Part shown: positions 27,238 to 36,153 of the stretch, in pieces
Layout of the letters: each line of letters starts with the position of its first letter
Numbering within the stretch: the first letter of the stretch is position 1
Source: a virus
Taxonomy: Duplodnaviria > Caudoviricetes
DNA length: 60,356 bases
IMG/VR virus record: IMGVR_UViG_3300027593_000003
Coordinates: 1 to 60,356 of that record
Strand: one strand, 5' to 3'
Program-made: the position numbers and the translations under genes
Notes under the pieces: model-generated
The model's database searches: none
The model's input: the letters and a program-made list of their open reading frames with translations, nothing else
What the model was told of the DNA's origin: nothing

Positions 27238-28090
27238 TTTCACATCAAAAACACTCTATCCTAGAATTGAAATCTACAAGGGCTTGCTCCCAGATCATAA
27301 AGAAATTTTTGATGTTGTAAAGTCAACCGAGAGCATTGAAAATGAGTCGGACGAGCACTACTTTGTTCCGTGGACAAAATGGAGCAAGTTTGGAACTTAC
27401 TCATCAACAAAGTTTAAGGGTGCAGTAGAAAGCCTACTTGGTAAAAATAAAACCTTCGACAAAGAGTACTGGGCTGCCGAAAAGGTTTGGGACGCATATA
27501 ATGTTGCCATTGATGACTATATTAAAAAGTATAATGTAGAGCTTCCCAAAGATTGTCAGCTAGGATCATCCTCATTCTGTAAATATTTTACTAACGTTGA
27601 TTCTTTAAAAAATAATTTAACCATGCAGTATCATACTGATTTTAAGCAAACAGATAAGGATGCTCCAGGAGATAAGTTTTATATTACATGCACAGTTTAC
27701 ATTAACGATGATTACGAAGGTGGAGAAATAGAGTTTTATGTAAACGGAGAATTTGTTCCTGCATATAAGCCAGAGGCTGGAGATATTATGGTTTTCCCTT
27801 CTGGCGAAGGATACTATCATGGAGTTAAGACTGCAACAAAAGGCAATAAGTATTTAATAAGAAACTTTATGTTTTATCCATATGCAGGGTCAGAAGAGTG
27901 GCTTGCAAACCAATTGAAGTATGGTGCAACAAAATGGGCAGAGATGGAAAAAAGAAGAATAAGCCTTGATGTATACGGAGGCAACTTGGTATTTGAAAAC
28001 GGAAAAGAAAAGGTTCCAACTGAAAAAGAAATACAAGACCACATAGACTATTTGGATAGTTTAGAAGATAAAGATAAGACGGTGTGCTAA
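27230..28090 (+). CDS. 2OG-Fe(II) oxygenase
   Basis: HTD...YINDDYEGGEI...HGVKTATKGNKY. Confidence 0.9.
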   Translation: MADFTSKTLYPRIEIYKGLLPDHKEIFDVVKSTESIENESDEHYFVPWTKWSKFGTYSSTKFKGAVESLLGKNKTFDKEYWAAEKVWDAYNVAIDDYIKKYNVELPKDCQLGSSSFCKYFTNVDSLKNNLTMQYHTDFKQTDKDAPGDKFYITCTVYINDDYEGGEIEFYVNGEFVPAYKPEAGDIMVFPSGEGYYHGVKTATKGNKYLIRNFMFYPYAGSEEWLANQLKYGATKWAEMEKRRISLDVYGGNLVFENGKEKVPTEKEIQDHIDYLDSLEDKDKTVC

Positions 28091-28800
28091 TGGAAATTAT
28101 ATCCCTTAAAGATGATGTTTTTGTTGTTGATAATTTAATTACAGAAGAAGAATGTCAAAAAATAATTGCTTATTTTGATGCAATTACAGATGCAGGACAT
28201 TTAAAGTGGAATCAAATATCTTTTTATGGTTCTTTGGCAATGGGCTACTGGCCATGGGACGAAAACCTTTTAGTGTTTGGATTGCCTAAAGATTACTTTT
28301 CTATTTTAAAAGAAAAAGTAAAAAAGGCAGGAGAGATGTGTTTTGATAGAGAGCTATCAGAGGTTAGCTACCATGCACAAAAATGGGTAGTTGGCGCATT
28401 CGCTGGATTTCATTCAGACAATACTCATGAAGATGGTTCCCCCTCTGCATTCTATAAAAGCAAGTACGCTGGGTTTCTTTACTTAAATGATAATTTTGAT
28501 GGAGGAGTTTTAAACTTCAAACATCATGATATTGCAATAAAGCCAAAGCCTGGAAGATTAGCTTTCTTTAAAGGTGGGCACGGTAATGAGCACGAAGTTA
28601 CTATGGTTCAAAAGGCAGAAAGATATACAGTCGGATCTTTTTGGGATAATGCCGACGCTGTTTACACGCCAGAACAAATAGCTGAATGGGAAGCTGAGCT
28701 TAAAGAGACAAGAGCGGAACAAGAAAAAACTTACGAAGAATGGAACGAGCTTAAGAAAAAAGGAACTCCTCCAACACATAAGGGCAAATACGATGCATAA
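28090..28800 (+). CDS. 2OG-Fe(II) oxygenase
   Basis: HSD...YLNDNFDGG...HEVTMVQKAERY; start by TAATG overlap. Confidence 0.9.
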   Translation: MEIISLKDDVFVVDNLITEEECQKIIAYFDAITDAGHLKWNQISFYGSLAMGYWPWDENLLVFGLPKDYFSILKEKVKKAGEMCFDRELSEVSYHAQKWVVGAFAGFHSDNTHEDGSPSAFYKSKYAGFLYLNDNFDGGVLNFKHHDIAIKPKPGRLAFFKGGHGNEHEVTMVQKAERYTVGSFWDNADAVYTPEQIAEWEAELKETRAEQEKTYEEWNELKKKGTPPTHKGKYDA

Positions 28801-29395
28801 AGAAATTATTAACAAGGATATACATTACTACACTGAGGTTTTTGATGATACAGAATCCATGATAAAAGAAATTGAATGGATGGACCAATTTCAAGATGTT
28901 GGGTCTCAAATAACTAAATGGGAGCCATGGCTTTCTTCTTGCAAAAGTGTGCAGTACGGTTATCAAAAAACAATAAATTATAAAAATGTTTTAAACAATA
29001 ACCCTAGAGACAGACATAACTCTAAAATTGCCAGTATAATCCATTATAGAGCAATTCAAATAGGAGAAGAATATGCTTTGTCTCACGGCATAGATCTCGG
29101 CGATCTTCCAACACATTGTAAAATATATAAGTATGACAACTTAACAGAAATGGGTCCTCACACAGATTACGATCCAGACTATAGCCCAAAAGATTTAATA
29201 GGCACAGTCTCAATTGTTTTTTATATAAATGATGACTACTTGGGTGGAGATCTAAATTTTCCAAATGACGATATATCTGTAAAGCCAAAGGCAAGCAGCG
29301 CATTAGTGTTTAAATCACACGGAGTTTTACATGAGCCAAAGCCAACAACAGAAGGCACGAAATATATGGTTGCAATATTTTTCTTTAAAAAGTAA
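28793..29395 (+). CDS. 2OG-Fe(II) oxygenase
   Basis: HTD...YINDDYLGG...HEPKPTTEGTKY. Confidence 0.9.
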   Translation: MHKEIINKDIHYYTEVFDDTESMIKEIEWMDQFQDVGSQITKWEPWLSSCKSVQYGYQKTINYKNVLNNNPRDRHNSKIASIIHYRAIQIGEEYALSHGIDLGDLPTHCKIYKYDNLTEMGPHTDYDPDYSPKDLIGTVSIVFYINDDYLGGDLNFPNDDISVKPKASSALVFKSHGVLHEPKPTTEGTKYMVAIFFFKK

Positions 29396-29425
29396 CCCTA
29401 ATAAGGATTGGTATATAATAATAAG

Positions 29426-31198
29426 ATGAGCTACCAACTTAAAGTAATGAATGATTCCCCGATTGGCTTCTGGCCTCTAGACGAGTTGTCTGGCACCACC
29501 GCAACCGACGTTTCTGGATGTGGTAATTCTGGAACTTATACTGGGACAATTTCTACAGGGCTAATTCCACTTGTTTCGGGCGGGGCAAATGGGTCATTGA
29601 TAACAAACACAAAGTACATTACGCTGCCAGTAACTAAAGACTATTACGGATCTACCGCCGATGGTGGATTTGCAGATAGCAACTCTTCAGATAATGCATT
29701 CTCATTAGAAACATGGATTTATCCTAAAATTACAACAACTGGCCTAACAACCATATTTGCCGACTCAACAAAGAATATAGGTATTTTTTATGAAAAAGGA
29801 AATATTGTATTTAAACTGGAGGCGGAAAGACTTGATTACACTTTACCTAATATTAGTCAATCTCATCATATTGTAGCCTCATACTCTATTACAGAAATGT
29901 CTTTATATGTAGACGGCAAATTTGCAGCAAGCAAATCTTTAACTAATTACAAGTTTACTAGCTCAACAATTACATTAAAATTAGGCCCAACGGGAAATGC
30001 ATCCGATTCATTTATTGTAGATGCCCCAGCAGTATATAGGTATGCTTTGGGCCTAGATAAAATTTTAGAACATTATAACTATTCTGGCACTACTTCACCG
30101 CTTCAAGTTTCTTACCCAGATAATGGCACCTTATTTGAAATATATGATGATAGCGTAAGCAAGCAATTTAATTTTGCCTATCCCGCCAACAAACCGCTAG
30201 AGATTTTTGCTTCAGAAGATTTAACTTACAATCTAGAAGAGAAATGCCTTGAAATTAATAAAACGGCCTCTGCAGCCTCTAAGAGCGTGGTTGTAGTAGA
30301 TGCCATAGCAATTCCTGCAGGATTTGATCTAGACTCCTCTAAGATAGAATGGAGCGGCGATAATGGGGTCTCTGTAAGAACCTCTACCGATGGAACAACA
30401 TGGCAAGCATGTGCTAATGGAAGATCAATTCCTCAATTTAAATTAGGATCATTTAGTTCTGAAAGAACCCTTTATCTTGAGATAACATTTACATCCTCAG
30501 ACACATCCAAATTTATTCCAAGACTTTATAATCTACTTCTATGCTTTTATAAAGATCAAATACTTTATTCAATAAGCAACCCTGACTATATTTATACAAT
30601 AGAAAGCACCCCTGGATTTGCCTCAAAAGATATAACTCTAGGAAGAATTAAGTACCCCATTTTATCCCGCCAAAAGCTAAATGGAGTCACAACGGCAGAC
30701 GGAGCAGGATTTAAAATTAACACGGCAGAATCAATAAAAACAATAGAGCTATTTTTAACCCTGTCAGACCTTACAGCAAACTCTATTATATCAAGCACAG
30801 CAAGCGGGGATTTTGTATCGGCAGGATATTCTTGGGCTGCTAATGGAACTATTACTAAATCTAATATATCTGCTATTTATGTCAATGGGATAGACAGAAC
30901 ATCTCAGACAAATGTAAATTCTGTATTTACAGCAAATGAGCTTTATCATGTTGTAATTGTAACAAGCGGACCAATTACAGGTCAGATACTATTTAATCAT
31001 GCAGCAACAGGTGGCCCTTCTAGTCTATATCAATACATCGCTTATTACCCAACCCCATTTACAGCCCCTACTGCGTTATCTCACTACAACATGCACATAG
31101 GAAGATCCGCCACAGTAGCAGACGATTCGTCCATAACATTGACAGAAAACTCTGTAGAGTTCTATGACAATGACTGGATTGTACTTCAAAACAAATAA
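29426..31198 (+). CDS. LamG/concanavalin-A-like virion protein
   Basis: PIGFWPLDE, FSLETW, HHIVA..LYVDG; start MSYQLKV 6 nt after TATAAT (29414-29419). Confidence 0.75.
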   Translation: MSYQLKVMNDSPIGFWPLDELSGTTATDVSGCGNSGTYTGTISTGLIPLVSGGANGSLITNTKYITLPVTKDYYGSTADGGFADSNSSDNAFSLETWIYPKITTTGLTTIFADSTKNIGIFYEKGNIVFKLEAERLDYTLPNISQSHHIVASYSITEMSLYVDGKFAASKSLTNYKFTSSTITLKLGPTGNASDSFIVDAPAVYRYALGLDKILEHYNYSGTTSPLQVSYPDNGTLFEIYDDSVSKQFNFAYPANKPLEIFASEDLTYNLEEKCLEINKTASAASKSVVVVDAIAIPAGFDLDSSKIEWSGDNGVSVRTSTDGTTWQACANGRSIPQFKLGSFSSERTLYLEITFTSSDTSKFIPRLYNLLLCFYKDQILYSISNPDYIYTIESTPGFASKDITLGRIKYPILSRQKLNGVTTADGAGFKINTAESIKTIELFLTLSDLTANSIISSTASGDFVSAGYSWAANGTITKSNISAIYVNGIDRTSQTNVNSVFTANELYHVVIVTSGPITGQILFNHAATGGPSSLYQYIAYYPTPFTAPTALSHYNMHIGRSATVADDSSITLTENSVEFYDNDWIVLQNK

Positions 31199-31222
31199 TT
31201 TGTCTTATTGGTTGACAAAAGC

Positions 31223-31251
31223 TGGACTTTAGCAGGAAGTAATGGTAAAAT
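31223..31251 (+). promoter_or_regulatory. promoter of head operon
   Basis: TGGACT-17 bp-TAAAAT with extended TG. Confidence 0.6.
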
Positions 31252-31259
31252 AAATTACT

Positions 31260-31601
31260 ATGGATATTAACCGCATTAACAGCAAAGTCCTTGAAGAAGA
31301 AACAACTCTTGGGATATATGTTTGGGAAATGCCCGATGGCAGATGGATTGGAGACGACAATGGCAACTTTCTTTCGATCACGTCAAAAAAAGGAAATAGA
31401 TCCAAGGTCGATGCTTTGGCTAGAGAAGTTCGCTCATTCGGTATATACGAAGGCGGGCCTAAATTTCTTTCTGGAAGAAGGAAGATTGACGATGAGGAAT
31501 TCCAACACCAAAAGCAAAGACTCGACTGGGGACTAGTGCCAGACCCACTAGATATTGGAAACTATAAAGACGAAATGAAAAAATTGCGGGGGATGAAATG
31601 A
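31260..31601 (+). CDS. hypothetical protein upstream of portal
   Basis: 113-aa ORF, ATGA overlap with portal. Confidence 0.8.
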   Translation: MDINRINSKVLEEETTLGIYVWEMPDGRWIGDDNGNFLSITSKKGNRSKVDALAREVRSFGIYEGGPKFLSGRRKIDDEEFQHQKQRLDWGLVPDPLDIGNYKDEMKKLRGMK

Positions 31602-33181
31602 GCGTAGAATTTCTTAATGAGGATAACTCAGAAAACATAATTAATATTTCAAACAATGCGGATTGGTTTTCTTTAAAAAAAGACGAAGTCAGCAACGACC
31701 CATTTGCAGCGGGCCTAGAAGATCTTAAAAAGGTAAGAGGCCTAGGACCAGCTTTTAAGCGCAAGATTAGCAGAGAGTTTTCTAAATCATTTTCTGGTAG
31801 AGAAGAGACGGGCACACAGCAAAATTTATTAGCACAAGCAATTACTGGCTATGCTATGTTTGACCTAGTAGAACCACCATACAACCTAGAGTACCTTTCA
31901 AAGGTATATGAGATTTCAACATATAACTATGCTGCAATTAATGCTAAGGTAGCAAACATTGTTGGGCTAGGCTATGATTTTATAGAGACAAAGAAAACAA
32001 ACGATGCCATTGATTCACTTACGGACGAAAAATCCCTTGAAAGAGCCCGTAGAAAGCTAAGCAAATTAAGACAAGATTTGCATACTTGGCTTGACACTAC
32101 AAATGACGAAGATACTTTTACCCAGACATTAATTAAAGTTTTTACAGATTACGAAGCAACAGGCAATGGATACATTGAAATTGGTAGAACCACAAATGGA
32201 AACATTGGATACATCGGTCACATCCCAGCAAAGACAATGCGTGTGCGTAGACTCAGAGATGGCTTTATTCAGCTTCTATACGGCAAGGCTGTTTACTTCA
32301 ACAACTTTGGGGACACAGAAACAGAGAATCCAATTGCTGGTCAAGAAGACCGCCCAAATGAAATCATTCATATAAAAAAGTATACCCCAATGAACAACTA
32401 TTATGGAGTTGCAGATATTATTGCAGCCCAGGTCTCACTTGCAGGTAACGAGTTGTCTGGAAGATATAACCTTGATTACTTTGAAAACAAAGCGGTTCCA
32501 AGATATATTATTACAGTAAAAGGCGCAAAGCTTTCTCCAGAATCAGAAAGAAAATTGCTTGAGTTTTTCCAGGTTGGACTAAAGGGAAAGAACCACAGAT
32601 CACTTTATATCCCACTTCCAGGAGACACCCCAGACTCAAAAACCGAATTTAAAATGGAGCCAGTTGAGGCAAATCCACAGGAATCTTCATTTAATATTTA
32701 TCGCAAATCTAATAGAGATGAAATACTTCTGGCCCACCGTGTCCCAATTAATAAAATTGGAACCCCCGAAGGAGTTAATTTAGCCGTAGCACGAGATGCC
32801 GATAAAACATTTAAAGAGCAGGTTTGCCGTCCAGCACAAATGATTTTAGAGAAAAAATTAAATAAAATATTTGAGGAAAAGACAGATGCATTAACCCTTA
32901 AATTTAATGAATTAACTCTTACCGACGAAGATACTCAATCTAAAATCGACGAAAGATATTTAAGAATGCAGGTAATTACCCCTAATGAAGTTAGAATTAG
33001 AAAGGGTATGATTCCTCTAGACGGCGGAGATGAAGTAGTTGATTTAAAGGCACAGGATGCAGCAGAGCAAAGTGCCCAGGCTGGAAATACAAGACAAAGA
33101 TCCCAAAACCGAGAGGCAACCTCACCAGATAAATCTGGAGAAGGACGAAATGCCAAAGGCGATGGAAGACAAGTTGACTAA
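31598..33181 (+). CDS. portal protein
   Basis: TGNGYIEI, EIIHIK, YYG, YFENKAVP, AHRVP, TPNEVR; position before protease. Confidence 0.9.
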   Translation: MSVEFLNEDNSENIINISNNADWFSLKKDEVSNDPFAAGLEDLKKVRGLGPAFKRKISREFSKSFSGREETGTQQNLLAQAITGYAMFDLVEPPYNLEYLSKVYEISTYNYAAINAKVANIVGLGYDFIETKKTNDAIDSLTDEKSLERARRKLSKLRQDLHTWLDTTNDEDTFTQTLIKVFTDYEATGNGYIEIGRTTNGNIGYIGHIPAKTMRVRRLRDGFIQLLYGKAVYFNNFGDTETENPIAGQEDRPNEIIHIKKYTPMNNYYGVADIIAAQVSLAGNELSGRYNLDYFENKAVPRYIITVKGAKLSPESERKLLEFFQVGLKGKNHRSLYIPLPGDTPDSKTEFKMEPVEANPQESSFNIYRKSNRDEILLAHRVPINKIGTPEGVNLAVARDADKTFKEQVCRPAQMILEKKLNKIFEEKTDALTLKFNELTLTDEDTQSKIDERYLRMQVITPNEVRIRKGMIPLDGGDEVVDLKAQDAAEQSAQAGNTRQRSQNREATSPDKSGEGRNAKGDGRQVD

Positions 33182-33198
33182 CCCTGCTCAACTGTTAT

Positions 33199-33227
33199 TT
33201 GCCTTTTTATCTATAAGTCGCTAAAAT
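33199..33227 (+). promoter_or_regulatory. leaderless promoter
   Basis: TTGCCT-17 bp-TAAAAT, 7 nt before ATG. Confidence 0.6.
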
Positions 33228-33234
33228 TAAGCAT

Positions 33235-34569
33235 ATGAATATTGAAAAGTCCCTATGGACTAGCCATGGCAATGACATTAGTTTATCTGTCCCTTTCACA
33301 AAAGTAAACCGTGAAAAGAGAACAGTATCTGGTTTTGCTACCCTAGACAATATTGATCAAACAAATGATGTTGTAACCGCAGAAGCAAGTATTAAAGCAT
33401 TTGAAAGTTTCCGTGGAAACATTCGTGAAATGCACGGATCTCTTGCAGTTGGCAAAATGGTTTCATTTAAGCCAGAAACTTTTTATGACCCAGCAACTAA
33501 AGAATTTTATAATGGAGTATATGTAACAGCATACATTTCAAAGGGTGCACAGGATACCTGGGAAAAAGTTCTAGACGGAACCCTATCTGGATTTTCAATC
33601 GGCGGAAAGATTAATGAGTCAGATAACGAAGTTAATAAGGCAAGCGGTAAGACAGTAAGATTTATTAAGGACTACGATTTGATTGAACTATCAATTGTAG
33701 ATTCTCCAGCAAATGAACTTTGCAATGTTCTATCTATTCAAAAGGTAAATGGCCAATTGATATTTAAGGGAATTGCAACCGAAGTAGTAACAGAAAATAT
33801 TTTTTACTGTGAAGACAGTAACTCTGTTTTTATCTCAACAGAGAAAACATATGACTCACCAGTTTCTGGTAAGCCAGCACAACTAATTGGTTGGGTTGAG
33901 AGCTCAGATGTTAATAAAGCAAAAGAGATTGATAAGATTCTTGATGCGTACAAGCATTCAAGATTTACGTTGCCTGATACACAAACAATTGCAAAACAGG
34001 CAAACGCAGAAGGAGGTAATGAAATGTCAGACAATACAGAAAACGTAGTTGTAGAAGATGTTGCAGTTGATGCAGCTCCAGAAGCAGCCGTTGAAGATAC
34101 AGCAGTAGTTGCAGAAGATGCAGCTCCAGTTGACGCTCCTGCAGAAGCAGCAGCAGAAGACGTTCCTGCCGAAACTCTGGAAAAAGCAGCCGAAGTATCA
34201 GAAGATAAGGTTGATGAACCTGATTTTGCGAAGATGTTAGGCGATCTAAAAGGCTTTTTCTCAGAAACTCTAAATAAGGCATCTGAAGCAAATGCAGCAC
34301 AAGTAACAACAATCCAAGAGACTGTTGAATCTTTTAGCAAGAGCGTAGATTCTAGAATTTCAGAGTTGGCAGAACAACACAAAGTACTTTCAAGTACTGT
34401 AAATGATATCAAGAGCACGATTGATGGTGTACAAAAGCGTGTCGATGCAGTAGAATCAGAGACTGCAATTAAGAAGTCTTCAGATCTTGGCCGATCAGAA
34501 GAGGTAACAATCAGAAAATCTAAATGGAACGGTTCTTTCCTCGGTTCCGTAAACGAAATATTTAACTAA
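33235..34569 (+). CDS. HK97-type prohead protease with C-terminal scaffold
   Basis: VSGFAT, EMH, GFSIGG, ELSIVDSPAN; acidic and coiled-coil C-half. Confidence 0.9.
   Translation: MNIEKSLWTSHGNDISLSVPFTKVNREKRTVSGFATLDNIDQTNDVVTAEASIKAFESFRGNIREMHGSLAVGKMVSFKPETFYDPATKEFYNGVYVTAYISKGAQDTWEKVLDGTLSGFSIGGKINESDNEVNKASGKTVRFIKDYDLIELSIVDSPANELCNVLSIQKVNGQLIFKGIATEVVTENIFYCEDSNSVFISTEKTYDSPVSGKPAQLIGWVESSDVNKAKEIDKILDAYKHSRFTLPDTQTIAKQANAEGGNEMSDNTENVVVEDVAVDAAPEAAVEDTAVVAEDAAPVDAPAEAAAEDVPAETLEKAAEVSEDKVDEPDFAKMLGDLKGFFSETLNKASEANAAQVTTIQETVESFSKSVDSRISELAEQHKVLSSTVNDIKSTIDGVQKRVDAVESETAIKKSSDLGRSEEVTIRKSKWNGSFLGSVNEIFN
34024..34569 (+). CDS. nested in-frame scaffolding protein
   Basis: AGGAGGT at 34011-34017, 6 nt before in-frame ATG (MSDNTENV). 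Confidence 0.6.
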   Translation: MSDNTENVVVEDVAVDAAPEAAVEDTAVVAEDAAPVDAPAEAAAEDVPAETLEKAAEVSEDKVDEPDFAKMLGDLKGFFSETLNKASEANAAQVTTIQETVESFSKSVDSRISELAEQHKVLSSTVNDIKSTIDGVQKRVDAVESETAIKKSSDLGRSEEVTIRKSKWNGSFLGSVNEIFN

Positions 34570-34584
34570 GGTAGGTATAAAATA

Positions 34585-35634
34585 ATGAGCAATGAAACAT
34601 TAGAAAAGGCCGTAAACGCTGGTACTCAGGTATCAACAGGATTCGGTTCAGCAACTGGTGGAACAGGAGTACACGTAGCGTCTGAAAATGGCAACGGTGG
34701 ACTTCTAAACCCAGAACAATCTGCTCGCTTCTTAGATTATATGTTCGACGCAACCGTAATCGGTAAGGTCGCACGTACAGTTCGCATGAAGTCAGATACA
34801 GCAGAAATTGATCGTATGTCAGTAGGCGAAAAGCTTATGAAGCTTGCGACAGAGGCAGACAATACTGCTGTTAACTCAGCAGTAACTTTCTCAAAAATCT
34901 CTTTGACAACAAAGAAGCTACGCATGGACTGGGAGCTTTCAACAGAGTCTCTAGAAGATAACATCGAAGGTGCAGATCTAGAAGATCACATTGCACGTTT
35001 GATGGCGACACAAGCAGGAAATGACATCGAAGATGTTATTCTTAACGGTGACACATCACTTTCTTCAGACGCACTTTACAAGTCATTTGATGGCGTTGTA
35101 AAGAAGGCAAAGGCATCAGGTCGTGTCGTAGACGCAGCTGGAGCCGCAGTATCACGTGAAGTATTCAACAAGGCACTTAAGGCTATGCCACGTAAGTACA
35201 AGCAACGTCGTGGAGACCTTCGCTTCCTTGCTGGATCAAACTTGATTCAGGATTTCCTATATGCTAACAGCATTGGAACAAATCAGACAATCCCACAGGA
35301 CATCGCTTCAAGCGTAATCCGTGGAGGAGTCGCACCACTAGGTGGACCTGCAGGATATGTGGCACCATTCGCATTTGGTATTCCAATTGTTGAAGTTCCA
35401 CTACTTCCAGAGACACAGACTGGTACACACTCAGCAGCAACAGGATCACACGGAGATATCCACTTGACATTCCCAAATAACGTAGTTATTGGAATAAAGC
35501 GTGATGTAACCGTTTACCGTTTCTTCGTGCCACGTAAGGACACAATCGAGTACACAATGTATACTCGTGTTGGCGTTCAAATCGAGCAGGCAGACGCTTG
35601 GGTAGTTGTAAAGAACGTTAAGGTTGCTTCTTAA
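34585..35634 (+). CDS. major capsid protein (HK97 fold)
   Basis: GGLLNPEQ, ELSTESLEDNIEG, LNGDT; position; followed by terminator. Confidence 0.92.
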   Translation: MSNETLEKAVNAGTQVSTGFGSATGGTGVHVASENGNGGLLNPEQSARFLDYMFDATVIGKVARTVRMKSDTAEIDRMSVGEKLMKLATEADNTAVNSAVTFSKISLTTKKLRMDWELSTESLEDNIEGADLEDHIARLMATQAGNDIEDVILNGDTSLSSDALYKSFDGVVKKAKASGRVVDAAGAAVSREVFNKALKAMPRKYKQRRGDLRFLAGSNLIQDFLYANSIGTNQTIPQDIASSVIRGGVAPLGGPAGYVAPFAFGIPIVEVPLLPETQTGTHSAATGSHGDIHLTFPNNVVIGIKRDVTVYRFFVPRKDTIEYTMYTRVGVQIEQADAWVVVKNVKVAS

Positions 35635-35654
35635 TTAATTAAGAAATAGCCCCC

Positions 35655-35692
35655 GAAAGGCCCCCAATTAATTTTGGGGGCTTTTCATTTTA
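35655..35692 (+). terminator. intrinsic terminator
   Basis: GAAAGGCCCCCAA / TTGGGGGCTTTTC stem and T-rich tail. Confidence 0.85.
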
Positions 35693-35701
35693 ATTTAACA
35701 A

Positions 35702-35710
35702 TGCTATAAT
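35702..35710 (+). promoter_or_regulatory. extended -10 promoter
   Basis: TGCTATAAT just after terminator. Confidence 0.6.
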
Positions 35711-35735
35711 TGAGGAACCTAACAAAGGAGAATAT

Positions 35736-36143
35736 ATGTCATTTGAGACATTGAAAGTAGCAGAACTCAGAAAAATTGCAGAAGACTTTGCAGTTGATAC
35801 TGATGGACTAAAGAACAAGGCCGATATTGTTGCCGCTCTTGCCGAAGAGGGAGTAACCTGGTCTGTTTACCAAAAGACTATTGAAGATATTGAAAAAGCA
35901 GCAGATGAATTTAGCGATGAAGCAGAAGAGATCCTCCCAAGGTTTAATCCTGATTCTCAGCCAGAAAACACGATGCTAGTTAGAATGACTAGAGATAATC
36001 ATAGATATGATATTCTAGGTTTTACTTTTACAAAGGAGCATCCTTTTGTCGCAATGACATCAGAAGACGCTCAAGAAATTTTTGACAAGGAGGAAGGTTT
36101 TCGCTTAGCAACTCCAAAGGAAGTTCAGGAGTACTACGCTTAA
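35736..36143 (+). CDS. Rho-N/HeH-like domain protein
   Basis: LKVAELRKIA...KADIVAAL; follows capsid gene. Confidence 0.6.
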   Translation: MSFETLKVAELRKIAEDFAVDTDGLKNKADIVAALAEEGVTWSVYQKTIEDIEKAADEFSDEAEEILPRFNPDSQPENTMLVRMTRDNHRYDILGFTFTKEHPFVAMTSEDAQEIFDKEEGFRLATPKEVQEYYA

Positions 36144-36153
36144 CCTTTATTAA

